This document shows positions 49,678 to 60,247 of a DNA stretch of 64,000 bases, one piece after another. Source of the DNA: an uncultured delta proteobacterium (GTDB lineage Bacteria; Desulfobacterota; Desulfuromonadia; Geobacterales; Pseudopelobacteraceae); assembly GCA_963772835.1 (NCBI GenBank), contig CAVYYZ010000003.1, positions 1 through 64,000 of the forward strand. The letters run 5' to 3'. How positions within the stretch are numbered: position 1 is the stretch's first letter; the number at the start of each line of letters is the position of its first letter. The notes under the pieces are model-generated. The model made no database searches. It was not told where the DNA came from and saw nothing but the letters and a program-made list of their open reading frames with translations. The translations under genes were made by a program, and so were the position numbers.

Positions 49678-52374
49678 ATGACAGATAAAATTTTTTTTGC
49701 CGGCATGTCCGGAGAAGGGTTTGATTCTCTTTACAAACAGTGGCAAGATTCAGCCGATTCAGTTCCGGCAGAATGGCGGCACTTCCTGTCGGGTTTTGAG
49801 CTTGGTTTGGATAGAGAGTCTTCCAGTATCGGGCGCTGTGACGAGCAAGAGGCTCTGAAGCTGTCGGGTGTTCAATCCCTTATCTATCGTTACCGTTCCA
49901 TTGGCCATCTCCTGGCATGTACCGACCCTCTCTCTCCCTGCCTGTTATCTCATCCTCTGCTTGATCTCTCCAACTTCGGACTTGATGAAAATGATCTCGA
50001 TACCGTCTTCGCCTGCCGGCGGTTTCTGAAGCCACGCGCTACATTACGAGAGGTTCTGGATACTTTGAGTGAGACATATTGCCGGGATGCCGGTGTTGAA
50101 TTCATGCATATTCAGGATCCGGATGAACGGCAGTGGCTGATAGACCGTATGGAGCCGTGTCGAAATCATCCCGTTTTCTCAGTTGCTGAAAAATTGCATA
50201 TTCTTGAAAAACTCCATCAAGCCGCTTTATTTGAACTGTTTCTGCATCGCAGGTTTGTCGGACAGAAGCGGTTTTCGCTTGAAGGGGGTGAAATTCTCAT
50301 TCCGGTTCTGGATCGCATTATTCGCGGCTGTCCGGTAGTAGGGGTCAGTGATGTCGTGATAGGTATGTCGCATCGCGGCAGATTGAATGTGCTGGCACAT
50401 ATTTTGGGCAAGCCGTATGAAACACTTTTTGCAGAGTTTAAAGAAAGTATTTCACAGGGTTTTCTGGGAGATGGTGATGTGAAGTATCACAAGGGGCATT
50501 CTTGTGATATTGAACTTGACGGTTACCAGGTACATGTGACTATTGCAGCAAATCCGAGCCATCTTGAAGCGGTCAATTCCGTTGTTGAGGGCAAATGCCG
50601 AGCCAGACAGGACAGTTACGGTGATAAAGGCACCGGCCTGGTGCTCCCGGTTCTGATCCATGGAGATGCGGCATTCGCAGGGCAGGGCAATATAATGGAA
50701 GTTCTCAACATGTCGCAACTGGAAGGCTACGGCACTGGTGGAACGATTCATGTTGTGCTTAATAATCAGATCGGTTTTACAACGCTTCCCAAAGACTCCC
50801 GTTCCACATGCTATGCCACGGATGTTGCAAAAATGCTGTCGTGTCCGATTTTTCATGTTCAGGGCGAAGCGCCGGAAGCCGCGCTTCATGCCGTTGATCT
50901 TGCAATGGAATATCGACAGACGTTTCGTCGGGATGTTGTGATTGAGTTGATCTGTTACCGCCGGCACGGTCACAACGAAGGAGATGAACCGGCGTTCACT
51001 CAGCCGAAAATGTATCAGCAGATCGCACGCCGTCCCTCTGTAAACCGGATCTACGAGGCAGTTCTGGCGGAAGAAGAGTCGGCATCCCCGGAGACGTTGG
51101 AGCTCCTTGAGCGGCGGGTCAGTGAAGCATTGGAAGCCTCTTTCAATAGACCCCCGGTGGTTGAGCCTGCCGGTTTTTCTGATCGGTGGAGTACCATCAG
51201 TTCCGAATACAGTGACAAGCCGGTTGAAACTGCGGTGTCCGCTGAAAAAATGGTAACTATTGCGCGTCGGTTGGCCGCTCTCCCTTCCGGTTTTATACCG
51301 CACGCAAAAATCGGCACTCTTATTCAGAAGCGTTTTGAGGCAGTTCTTAAAGGGGAGGGGATCGATTGGGGGAATGCAGAATCTCTCGCATATGCGACAC
51401 TGCTCGACCAAGGATTTTCAGTGCGGATATCCGGTCAGGATTCCCGCCGCGGAACCTTTAATCATCGGCATTGTGTTGTGATCGACATTCACGACGAGCG
51501 GAACTATGTACCGCTGGAAACCGTTGTTCAGGATGGCGCCGGTTTTCAGGCATGGAACAGCCTGCTCTCAGAATTTGGCGTGCTTGGCTTCGAATATGGC
51601 TATTCACTGGAAACGCCGCACTGCCTCACGATCTGGGAAGCCCAGTTCGGGGATTTTGCCAATGGTGCACAGGTTATCATAGATCAATTCATTGCCAGCG
51701 GAGAAAGTAAGTGGAATCGTGCCAGCGGCCTGGTCCTGTTACTTCCTCACGGGTATGAGGGACAGGGCGCCGAACATTCCAGCGCGCGGATCGAACGCTA
51801 TCTGCAGCTCTGTGCGTCTGAAAACATGATTGTGGTGTATCCGTCCACTCCCGTGCAGATGTTCCACCTGCTGAGGCGTCAGATGCTGCACTCTTTTCGA
51901 AAACCACTGGTGGTGTTTACTCCAAAGAGTCTTCTGCGTTATCCGGATTGCAGCTCAACCGTTGCCGAATTCTGCGCCGGTACATTCCAGACCTGTATAG
52001 CTCCCTCCGGAGATTTATCTGTCGCCCGGCAGGTCTTGTTCTGCAGTGGCAAAATATATTATGAACTCGAGGAGGAGCGTGTCCGGAAAGAGAAAAACGA
52101 TACAGTCATAGTCCGGATTGAGCAGTTATATCCGCTGGACCGCACAGCAGTCAGGAGCATCATTGAACTGTGCGGAGCGGACTGCCGGCTGTATTGGGTT
52201 CAGGAGGAACCGGAAAATATGGGAGCCTGGCAGCATATTGAGCGGAATTTCAAACATCTCTCCATCACTATCGAGTATATCGGCCGTGCAGAAGATTCCT
52301 GTCCAGCTGTTGGATCTCACCATATCCATGCAGAACAGCAGGCGGAAATATTGAAAAAGGCATTTTCAGCATAG
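49678..52374 (+). CDS. sucA: 2-oxoglutarate dehydrogenase E1
   Basis: KRFSLEGGE, HRGRLN, GDVKYH, HGDAAFAGQG, WEAQFGDFANG, EHSSARIER. Confidence 0.95.
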   Translation: MTDKIFFAGMSGEGFDSLYKQWQDSADSVPAEWRHFLSGFELGLDRESSSIGRCDEQEALKLSGVQSLIYRYRSIGHLLACTDPLSPCLLSHPLLDLSNFGLDENDLDTVFACRRFLKPRATLREVLDTLSETYCRDAGVEFMHIQDPDERQWLIDRMEPCRNHPVFSVAEKLHILEKLHQAALFELFLHRRFVGQKRFSLEGGEILIPVLDRIIRGCPVVGVSDVVIGMSHRGRLNVLAHILGKPYETLFAEFKESISQGFLGDGDVKYHKGHSCDIELDGYQVHVTIAANPSHLEAVNSVVEGKCRARQDSYGDKGTGLVLPVLIHGDAAFAGQGNIMEVLNMSQLEGYGTGGTIHVVLNNQIGFTTLPKDSRSTCYATDVAKMLSCPIFHVQGEAPEAALHAVDLAMEYRQTFRRDVVIELICYRRHGHNEGDEPAFTQPKMYQQIARRPSVNRIYEAVLAEEESASPETLELLERRVSEALEASFNRPPVVEPAGFSDRWSTISSEYSDKPVETAVSAEKMVTIARRLAALPSGFIPHAKIGTLIQKRFEAVLKGEGIDWGNAESLAYATLLDQGFSVRISGQDSRRGTFNHRHCVVIDIHDERNYVPLETVVQDGAGFQAWNSLLSEFGVLGFEYGYSLETPHCLTIWEAQFGDFANGAQVIIDQFIASGESKWNRASGLVLLLPHGYEGQGAEHSSARIERYLQLCASENMIVVYPSTPVQMFHLLRRQMLHSFRKPLVVFTPKSLLRYPDCSSTVAEFCAGTFQTCIAPSGDLSVARQVLFCSGKIYYELEEERVRKEKNDTVIVRIEQLYPLDRTAVRSIIELCGADCRLYWVQEEPENMGAWQHIERNFKHLSITIEYIGRAEDSCPAVGSHHIHAEQQAEILKKAFSA

Positions 52375-52470
52375 GTTTAAATGCGCGTTTTTACTGAATC
52401 AGTGCCCCATTGTTGTTGACAATTAATGGGAGCCCGTGTACAAAAGCACAGATTAATTTAGAGGACGTTC

Positions 52471-54102
52471 ATGCTAAATCTGCTTTTCATATCAGACAGT
52501 CCAAAGGTTGAACACATCAAAAATGTGCTTCAGCCTGTTCTCAAGGTCATTATCGATGTCGTAACCGATTTCGATCACGGCTTGAAGGACGTCTTTGAAA
52601 AACGTCCTACGACGGTCTGCATTCAGGATCAGATTGGCGGAGTTACCGGTGAAAGCGTCGCCAGACACATTCAGATGCTGCTTGGCAGCGGTGCGCCGAC
52701 ATTTATCCTCCTGCACACCGGGAACGGCAAGGCGAGAACAATCAGGGGCCTTTATGAACATCTGATCGATTTAAGCCAGCCAGATGAAATAGTGTCGGAG
52801 CAGATAATAGGCACACTTAAATCGCTGCTCGGTGATCAATGGGAAAGGGTTTATATCCCGCCCAAACAGACGCCGGCTTCACTCAAAGCATCAATAAACG
52901 TCCCTGAAGAAGAGCGTGAAGTTGCCGATAAGTTTGTGGATGATTTCCTGTCCGACTTTGAAACGACCGGTTTTTCTGATGGCGATACCCGGTTTCCCGC
53001 AGCTTCATCTATTGAAACACCCTCTAAAAAAACAACCGGCCCTGAGCTGTTTGCAGCGCCTTCCCATACCGAAATTCCTTTTGGGGCAACAGAGTCAGAT
53101 CATGTCCAGACAACAAGTGATGAATTGGCTGAACTGCTTCTGGCAGAGGTAAGCAAGGCCGCCAAGGAAGTACGACCGTCGACGGAGTCTCCCGACGTGC
53201 CTGCCACCCGTGAAGTTCCTTTCAGTGCAGCCCCAACGCCGAAAATGACTGTTGATGCATCGTCTGCACCTGCCATTCCTGTGCTACCGGGTCCATTAGT
53301 TCCTCCTGTAGGCGGGACACAAAAGAAACCCCTGGCTGTTGTCAAACCAGTCGGCAGGGACGTGACGTCCGATGCAACATCAGGGCCGCGCTCCATGATG
53401 CCTCAGGCACCTGCCAGGCCGGCTAAGCCGGAGGCAACAGTTCCGCCTGCCGCTGCTGAATTCAGAATCAATCAGAATGCCGCACCCGCTGAAGAACATT
53501 TTCCCGAAGAACTTCTTCAGGCATTTGAAGAGAACTATCGCTCAGAGTCTCAGTTTTTGCGGCGCAGCGTTATTGTTGTTCTCGTATGTGCAATCAGCGC
53601 TGCCGGTGCCTGGTACCTTTTCAAACAAAAGCCGCTGTTGATCAGTTCACTGAAACAGCGATTTATGTCTTCTACAGGAGCGACACAATCTCCGGTTGCG
53701 GCTGCAATCCCCGCGCAAACTCCGGTTCCTGTCTCTGTGCCGCCGCCACCTGTGACGCCTCAGTTGCCTGCCTTTATCCCGAAAGATGGCCTGGACACCT
53801 CCTTTTCAGTCAGTAATCCCGGCTGGGAACGATATGTAGGGAAAGATGCAGAATTCAGAATATTCAAGGCATCAGGCAGCATACAGGCGGTGCAGGTTCT
53901 GTCAGTTAAAGATGCGCTTATTCCAGACGTGCTGATTAAATCTGTTCTGAAGGAATGTAACGGAAGTCCGGAATTCCAGATAACCTCCCGAAGTACGAAA
54001 GCCGGGGTGCGTATTGAAAGAGGCAGAACTCTTCCTGGCGGCGATATTATCATCTACCGGAAAGGCGGAGCGGTGACGGCTTTTGTTGTATCAGTAAATT
54101 AG
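52471..54102 (+). CDS. Hypothetical membrane protein: receiver-like N-terminus, Pro/Ala/acidic linker, one TM, C-terminal domain
   Basis: LLFISD...FDHGLKDVFEKRPTTVCIQ resembles a degenerate REC fold; TM 'VIVVLVCAISAAGAWYLF'. Confidence 0.7.
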   Translation: MLNLLFISDSPKVEHIKNVLQPVLKVIIDVVTDFDHGLKDVFEKRPTTVCIQDQIGGVTGESVARHIQMLLGSGAPTFILLHTGNGKARTIRGLYEHLIDLSQPDEIVSEQIIGTLKSLLGDQWERVYIPPKQTPASLKASINVPEEEREVADKFVDDFLSDFETTGFSDGDTRFPAASSIETPSKKTTGPELFAAPSHTEIPFGATESDHVQTTSDELAELLLAEVSKAAKEVRPSTESPDVPATREVPFSAAPTPKMTVDASSAPAIPVLPGPLVPPVGGTQKKPLAVVKPVGRDVTSDATSGPRSMMPQAPARPAKPEATVPPAAAEFRINQNAAPAEEHFPEELLQAFEENYRSESQFLRRSVIVVLVCAISAAGAWYLFKQKPLLISSLKQRFMSSTGATQSPVAAAIPAQTPVPVSVPPPPVTPQLPAFIPKDGLDTSFSVSNPGWERYVGKDAEFRIFKASGSIQAVQVLSVKDALIPDVLIKSVLKECNGSPEFQITSRSTKAGVRIERGRTLPGGDIIIYRKGGAVTAFVVSVN

Positions 54103-54125
54103 TGTTTATTTGGAAACGAACAAAA

Positions 54126-54153
54126 TTGACATTTTCCGGGTGTTCGCTATAAT
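54126..54153 (+). promoter_or_regulatory. Consensus sigma70 promoter
   Basis: TTGACA-N16-TATAAT; supports the ATG 54206 start for the LysM gene. Confidence 0.75.
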
Positions 54154-54205
54154 CCCCCGGAATTCAATGTCCTGCCGGTGTGGTGTACGCCGACCTGGAG
54201 CCAAG

Positions 54206-55753
54206 ATGCCCTTCAACATACATATACGCGGACTATTCGTAACCATGGTTTATGCCAGCCTGCTGCTCTATGCATCCGGTGCGCGTGCGGTCATGGATCC
54301 GCGTTTTGAGCTTGATCCTCAAACATTGCCGGGTTCAAAGAGTACCGTAAAACCCGCGCATGCCGAACGAAAGCGCACTGTCCGCCCCGCACATGTCTCT
54401 CAATCCCCGTCATCGCCTGCCAAAGGCGGTGTTTATACCGTAAAAGCGGGCGATAACCTTTATAAAATATTAATGCGTGATTATGCTTTGGACAACAATG
54501 AAGCGGAGTTGTTTATTGAAGAAATTCGCCGAGAAAATAACATTTATGATATTAAACGTCTCAAAATTGGTCAAAAAATCAGGATTCCTCCGGTCAGGCG
54601 GCACTCTGATGGCACTCTGAAGCTGTTTCAGGCCGTCCGGTCAGATACTATCCGGAGTTCTGACGCATCCGCTGCTCCGGAACAGTCATTCAAACTTGAA
54701 TCCCCGCTTCCGTCTCTTTCTGAGCAGGAAGTGGTCACCAAGACACGCGGTGTTTGGGACAGAATAGTACCGTCAAAAAAAGAGCCCCATAAGCCACTTG
54801 CAATCAATACATCAACTTTTTCTTTAGCTCTTGATCCAGGGCGCTACCCCACATTTTCCAGAATGGATGGCGGACGCATCGTACTGGATCAGAATGGCAC
54901 AATTCCGCCGCTCGTAAAATCATTGATTGAAGGCAACGATGCATCGGTTCGAATTGTGACTGAAGCACCGTCCGGAACGAAGCATTTTATGGCTTCTCTG
55001 CTTGAAGCTGCCGGATTTTACTCTGTTGAAGAAAATTTCAGTATGGAATTCGGTGTTGATCCGAAGCTTACGGTTCAATCCGATTTCAAGGTCGAAAAAA
55101 CGGCTGAAAGTCTTATCAAGCAGGATGTTGTCCTAGTGAACAGTGGCCGCACGCTGCTTCCCCCGTCCCTTGGCGAGTTTCTCAAGAAAGAAGGGTTTTC
55201 ACTCTATGAACCGTTTGCATCTATTAAGCCGTTCGCGCAGCGTGACTCTCGCACGATCCAATACGTATCAGCGAAAAAACAGCCGGAAATGATCGACGCC
55301 ATTTTATCTGCATTTTCTGTTTCATCTGAACGAAATCGAAGTGTCGATGTTTTTGCAACGGACAATAACGGCATCTCCCTGTCGGTAAAAGTTGAACGTT
55401 ATTTTGAACGGGGTGGACAGCGGTTTGTCGTCACCAGCTTTGATGGCGATCCGATTCATTATACCCTGTTCAGGATTCTTGAGACTAAGGGCTATAAGGT
55501 CGTTATTCTGGAAGCCGATGATGATTTTCGTAAAGTATCTGAAAAACTCATTTCACGAATGAATATCAGCGGCACGTTCGCTCAACACAAACTGCTGCAG
55601 GACGGGGCAGCCGGTTATTCGCTGCAGATGTCGGGTTTTAAGCTTGATGACGCATTGCTGCCCGGAGGAGGCATTTTTCTGACGGATCGGGCTATGGATC
55701 GTATTGTCAGAGATCTGTTTACGGAAAATGGATATAACATCAACATCCGGTGA
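54206..55753 (+). CDS. Exported LysM-domain protein
   Basis: Signal peptide ending ARA; YTVKAGDNLYKI...LKIGQKIRIP. Confidence 0.85.
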   Translation: MPFNIHIRGLFVTMVYASLLLYASGARAVMDPRFELDPQTLPGSKSTVKPAHAERKRTVRPAHVSQSPSSPAKGGVYTVKAGDNLYKILMRDYALDNNEAELFIEEIRRENNIYDIKRLKIGQKIRIPPVRRHSDGTLKLFQAVRSDTIRSSDASAAPEQSFKLESPLPSLSEQEVVTKTRGVWDRIVPSKKEPHKPLAINTSTFSLALDPGRYPTFSRMDGGRIVLDQNGTIPPLVKSLIEGNDASVRIVTEAPSGTKHFMASLLEAAGFYSVEENFSMEFGVDPKLTVQSDFKVEKTAESLIKQDVVLVNSGRTLLPPSLGEFLKKEGFSLYEPFASIKPFAQRDSRTIQYVSAKKQPEMIDAILSAFSVSSERNRSVDVFATDNNGISLSVKVERYFERGGQRFVVTSFDGDPIHYTLFRILETKGYKVVILEADDDFRKVSEKLISRMNISGTFAQHKLLQDGAAGYSLQMSGFKLDDALLPGGGIFLTDRAMDRIVRDLFTENGYNINIR

Positions 55754-55883
55754 AACCGTTTTACTTTATCGATTAATCTGCTATAACGCTCGTACCTTGT
55801 TAAAGGGCGGGCGTTTTTTTCGTTCGCGGTCTTCCGGGACTCCGGATGAAGCACTTCTTATCGGATAGATTGGTTCAGGGAGC

Positions 55884-57824
55884 ATGTTGGATATGAGTGT
55901 GAAAAAAGTTGGCGAACTGCTTATAGAGCAAAAACTGATTTCTCAGGAGCAATTGTTGGAGGCGCTTGATCTTCAGAATGTGTTTCCTGATCAGCCGGTC
56001 GGGCAGTTGCTTTGCAAGCTCGGCTTTATAAAAGAAAGTGATCTCAGTTTTGTCCTCGACCAGAAAAATAAGCGTCGCAAACTGACCGACATTCTTCTGT
56101 CTGGCGGCCTTATTGACCAGCAGAAATTATCCCATGCACGTGAGGTTGGCAAACAAAACGACATATCTCTTGAAAAAGCGCTGCTGAAGCTGAATTATGT
56201 TGATGAAGAGAGCCTTTCAAAAACGGTTGCAAGCCAGTATGACATGCCGTATGTACAGATCAATACACAGGACCTCGATCATACTCTTTCCCGTTACATT
56301 AGTGCTGTATACGCCCAAAAACAGCGCATTGCCCCTATTTCAAAAATCGGCAACACGCTTACACTTGCGATGGCTCATCCTCTTAAGTCACATGACATCC
56401 GTGAACTCGAAGACAGTATCCGGCTCAGGATTATTTCTGCCATTGCAACTGAAACAAACATCGCCAGGTCTCTCAAGCGGCTGTATAATATTGATACTGC
56501 AAACACAATATCGGCTCTCGATGAGGTTAATCTCGATCTTGTTCCTGACAGTATCGTTGATCTGTTGAGTAAAACCCCGACGAGTGAAGAACCGGACGTC
56601 GAGGAGGAAACTAAAAAAGTTACTGAAAAAGACAGCGTGATTGTCAAGCTGGTCAATAAAATCATTTATGATGCGTACATGAATAAGGCTTCAGATATCC
56701 ACATTGAACCGTATCCAGGAAAAAAAGATGTTGTCGTCCGTACCAGAGTCGATGGCCAGTGTTCTATTTACCAAAGGATTCCCTATAAGTATAAATTTGC
56801 TCTCCCTTCACGCATCAAAATAATGGGTGAATTAGATATTGCAGAACGGAGAAAACCGCAGGACGGGAAAATAGATTTCAAAAAGTTCGGACCGCTTGAT
56901 ATTGAACTTCGAGTTGCAACCATGCCGACGGTTGGAGGTCTTGAGGACGTAGTTATACGCGTTCTTGCAAGTGGAGATCCTATAGGATTCAATGATCTCG
57001 GCCTGACTGAACGTAATTTGCGGATTTTTAATGAATCACTCGCGCGGCCTCATGGGCTTATTCTGGTTGTCGGGCCCACCGGGTCCGGTAAAACAACCAC
57101 ACTGCATTCCGGACTTGCCCAGATAAATCAGACAAATCGTAAAATATGGACGGCGGAAGATCCTGTGGAAATTACTCAGGTCGGGCTCCGCCAGGTCCAG
57201 GTAAATCCACGTATCGGTTTTACTTTTGCCGTTGCGCTTCGCTCGTTTCTCCGACTTGACCCGGATGTCATCATGGTGGGCGAAATGCGCGATGAGGAAA
57301 CCGCCAGTACTGCGGTTGAGGCATCACTGACCGGGCATCTGGTTTTGTCCACACTTCATACAAACTCAGCGCCGGAAACGGTAACCCGTCTGCTCGAAAT
57401 GGGTCTTGACCCGTACAGTTTTTCCGATTCACTTGTCTGTATACTGGCACAGCGACTTGCGCGCAGGCTCTGCACGGATTGCAGGGAAAGTTTTCATCCA
57501 TCTGAAGCTGAATATGAGGAGCTGGTCGATGAATACGGCAGAACCGAGTTTGCCAATACCGGGCTGGGCTATGCGGATGTCGGAATGTTCCGGGCGATCG
57601 GATGTGAACGATGCGGCCATTCCGGTTATCGAGGCAGGCTCGGTATTCACGAGGTCCTCGAATGTACAAATCCTCTCAAAAGTCTCATCAAGCGCCGGGC
57701 AGACACAGATCATGTCCGCGAGCAGGCCTCCCGTGACGGCATGACTACGCTAAAGCAGGATGGTATACGTAAGGTGCTTTTCGGCCTTACGGATATTCAT
57801 GAAGTACGTCGAGTCTGCATATAA
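55884..57824 (+). CDS. GspE/PilB-family secretion ATPase with MshEN-like N-terminus
   Basis: ASDIHIEP, GPTGSGKT, DPDVIMVGEMRD, TGHLVLSTLHTN, CTDC...CERC. Confidence 0.92.
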   Translation: MLDMSVKKVGELLIEQKLISQEQLLEALDLQNVFPDQPVGQLLCKLGFIKESDLSFVLDQKNKRRKLTDILLSGGLIDQQKLSHAREVGKQNDISLEKALLKLNYVDEESLSKTVASQYDMPYVQINTQDLDHTLSRYISAVYAQKQRIAPISKIGNTLTLAMAHPLKSHDIRELEDSIRLRIISAIATETNIARSLKRLYNIDTANTISALDEVNLDLVPDSIVDLLSKTPTSEEPDVEEETKKVTEKDSVIVKLVNKIIYDAYMNKASDIHIEPYPGKKDVVVRTRVDGQCSIYQRIPYKYKFALPSRIKIMGELDIAERRKPQDGKIDFKKFGPLDIELRVATMPTVGGLEDVVIRVLASGDPIGFNDLGLTERNLRIFNESLARPHGLILVVGPTGSGKTTTLHSGLAQINQTNRKIWTAEDPVEITQVGLRQVQVNPRIGFTFAVALRSFLRLDPDVIMVGEMRDEETASTAVEASLTGHLVLSTLHTNSAPETVTRLLEMGLDPYSFSDSLVCILAQRLARRLCTDCRESFHPSEAEYEELVDEYGRTEFANTGLGYADVGMFRAIGCERCGHSGYRGRLGIHEVLECTNPLKSLIKRRADTDHVREQASRDGMTTLKQDGIRKVLFGLTDIHEVRRVCI

Positions 57825-57904
57825 TAACCGTTTGGCGTAAAAATATGCTTGCATTCCTGACATCAGCATGGTAGGTAGAAACACAATTTATGTTCACTCA
57901 GTAC

Positions 57905-57931
57905 GTGAGCTCGCAAGGCTCACTTTTTTTT
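57905..57931 (+). promoter_or_regulatory. rimP leader hairpin/attenuator
   Basis: GTGAGC-loop-GCTCAC plus T8 just upstream of rimP. Confidence 0.7.
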
Positions 57932-57949
57932 GTCTAATCGGGTAGGATT

Positions 57950-58435
57950 ATGGCCGCTCAAAAAGAAGATACATGCACAGTTGTCAGCGCTATTGCGCAG
58001 CCGATTCTCGAATCAATGGGACTTGAGCTGGTTGATATTGAATTTGGAAGAGTCGGCCCGGATGCAGTATTACGCCTGTTTATTGATAAAGATGGCGGCG
58101 TGTTGCTCGACGACTGCGCCGGACTTAGCCGTGAGTTATCGATGATCCTCGACGTTGAGGATGTTATTGCCTGCAATTATACCCTGGAAGTTTCGTCACC
58201 GGGTCTTGACCGCCCGCTTAAAAAGCAGAGTGATTATGACCGCTTTGTGGGCCGCACCATTAAAGTTCGTACGTATCAACCTTTTCTTGATGATAGCGGA
58301 AATAAACGCAAAACTTTTCTCGGAAAACTCGAAGGACTTGTCGCCGGTGTTGTAAGAATGACGCTGACAGAGGGGCAAACCGCTTCCATTCCGATTGAGC
58401 AGGTCGCCAAAGCCAATCTTGAATTTGAACTCTGA
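57950..58435 (+). CDS. rimP: Ribosome maturation factor
   Basis: LRLFIDK, YTLEVSSPGLDRPL. Confidence 0.95.
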   Translation: MAAQKEDTCTVVSAIAQPILESMGLELVDIEFGRVGPDAVLRLFIDKDGGVLLDDCAGLSRELSMILDVEDVIACNYTLEVSSPGLDRPLKKQSDYDRFVGRTIKVRTYQPFLDDSGNKRKTFLGKLEGLVAGVVRMTLTEGQTASIPIEQVAKANLEFEL

Positions 58436-58473
58436 TCTGAAATACCCATATATACCAGCAAGGAGAAGTCATC

Positions 58474-59631
58474 GTGGATACAACAATTAATCTTAAGCAT
58501 GCTATTGACCAACTTGTAAAAGAGAAGGGCATTGACCGTCTGGTTGTACTGGAAGCGATGGAACAGGCGGTTCTAACGGCCGCTAATAAAAAATACCGCA
58601 ATACCCGCGATCTTGAAGCTCATTACAACCATGAATCCGGTGAAGTTGAACTTTTTGAGTTTGTCACAGTTGTGGAAGAGGTTGAGGATTCCTACAAGGA
58701 AATCGGTCTTGATGAAGCTCACGAGATAGACCCTGAAGCCGAAATCGGCGATTCGCTTGGCGAGAAGCTGGACGCAAGTGGTTTCAGCCGTATTGCCGCT
58801 CAAACGGCAAAACAGGTTATCATTCAAAAAGTGCGCGACGCCGAGCGTGAAACAATTTATAACGAATACCGGGATCGTGTCTGGGAAGTTATTACCGGCA
58901 TGGTGCGGCGTTTTGAAAAAGGTGAGCTTCTTATTGATCTGGGACGTGCCGAGGCGGTTTTGCCCGCCAAGGAACAGATGCCTCGTGAAGTATATCGTCC
59001 CGGGGATCGTATTCGTGCAATAATTACCGATATTCGCATGACCACTAAAGGTCCTCAGATTATGCTTTCGCGTACTCATCCAAGCATGCTTGCCAAGCTT
59101 TTTGAGGCTGAAGTTCCTGAGATCGCCGAAGGTATCGTTGAAATTAATGCTATTGTACGTGATGCCGGCAGTCGTGCTAAAATTGCCGTCTCATCAAATG
59201 ATCGCGATGTCGATCCGGTTGGCGCCTGCGTCGGCATGCGAGGGTCACGTGTCCAGAATGTAGTTTCTGAGCTGCGTGGTGAAAAAATTGATATTATTCC
59301 CTGGTCAGAGGATATTGCCCGCTTTGCCTGTAATGCTCTTTCACCGGCACAGGTTTCTAAAGTGTTTGTGGATGAGGAGAAGCGTGCCCTCGAAATCATT
59401 GTAGCAGATGACCAACTCTCGCTCGCTATCGGTAAGCGTGGTCAGAATGTCAGTCTGGCTGCACGCCTGACCGGATGCAGAATTGATATCAAGAGCGAAT
59501 CAAAAGTTGCAGAGCCTGAGCAGGTACAGGAATTTTCATCCTTTGACGGCACTGATGCTGAAGAAGAGCCGGTTCAGGAACAGGATGCCGCTGCCGTTAC
59601 CGATAATGGCCCCGAAGCGGTTGCCGAGTAA
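58474..59631 (+). CDS. nusA: Transcription factor NusA
   Basis: RIAAQTAKQ, DPVGACVGMRGSR, LAIGKRGQN. Confidence 0.97.
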   Translation: MDTTINLKHAIDQLVKEKGIDRLVVLEAMEQAVLTAANKKYRNTRDLEAHYNHESGEVELFEFVTVVEEVEDSYKEIGLDEAHEIDPEAEIGDSLGEKLDASGFSRIAAQTAKQVIIQKVRDAERETIYNEYRDRVWEVITGMVRRFEKGELLIDLGRAEAVLPAKEQMPREVYRPGDRIRAIITDIRMTTKGPQIMLSRTHPSMLAKLFEAEVPEIAEGIVEINAIVRDAGSRAKIAVSSNDRDVDPVGACVGMRGSRVQNVVSELRGEKIDIIPWSEDIARFACNALSPAQVSKVFVDEEKRALEIIVADDQLSLAIGKRGQNVSLAARLTGCRIDIKSESKVAEPEQVQEFSSFDGTDAEEEPVQEQDAAAVTDNGPEAVAE

Positions 59632-59639
59632 TACCGTAT

Positions 59640-60242
59640 ATGACCCATAAAGGGAACGTGGAATCTCCGCAGCGAAGCTGCCTCGGGTGCAGGACAAGCA
59701 AAGACAAAAATCTTCTGCTCCGGTTTGTCCAGACGCCTGAAATGGAAATACTGCCTGATCTGGAGAGTAGACTGCCGGGCAGAGGGGCATATACCTGTAT
59801 TGATAAACGCTGTCTTGCTACTGCTATTGAGCAGCGGCAGTTTAAACGTTCTTTTAAGCATGATGTCTCAGTTATGCCGGCAGAGCAGTTTGTTGAATAT
59901 ATCCGGCAGCAGTTACACAGCCGTATTATCGGGTTGATCGGCCTGGCCAACAAAGCCGGGTCGGTAACAGGTGGCGGTTCCATGGTAATTGACGTGTTGA
60001 GAGGCAAGATCAAGCCGGGGCTCGTTATCGTTGCAACAGATGTTTCAGAGTCTATCGGCGGGAAAATTATTCATGCTGCTGCTTCGCACCACGTTAAATA
60101 TAGGACCGTAGTAACAAAAGATGATTTCGGGGCGATTTTAGGCAAGGCGCCCAGAAGTGCGATTGCCGTAGCATCAGGCGGATTTGTTGCACAGTTGGTG
60201 AAGGCTATTGACAGATACAGAAACTTCCTGGGGGAGGTATAA
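59640..60242 (+). CDS. YlxR (DUF448) fused to an L7Ae/YlxQ-like domain
   Basis: [15 protein letters not shown]; then LIGLANKAG...FGAILGK. Confidence 0.85.
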   Translation: MTHKGNVESPQRSCLGCRTSKDKNLLLRFVQTPEMEILPDLESRLPGRGAYTCIDKRCLATAIEQRQFKRSFKHDVSVMPAEQFVEYIRQQLHSRIIGLIGLANKAGSVTGGGSMVIDVLRGKIKPGLVIVATDVSESIGGKIIHAAASHHVKYRTVVTKDDFGAILGKAPRSAIAVASGGFVAQLVKAIDRYRNFLGEV

Positions 60243-60247
60243 AGGAT

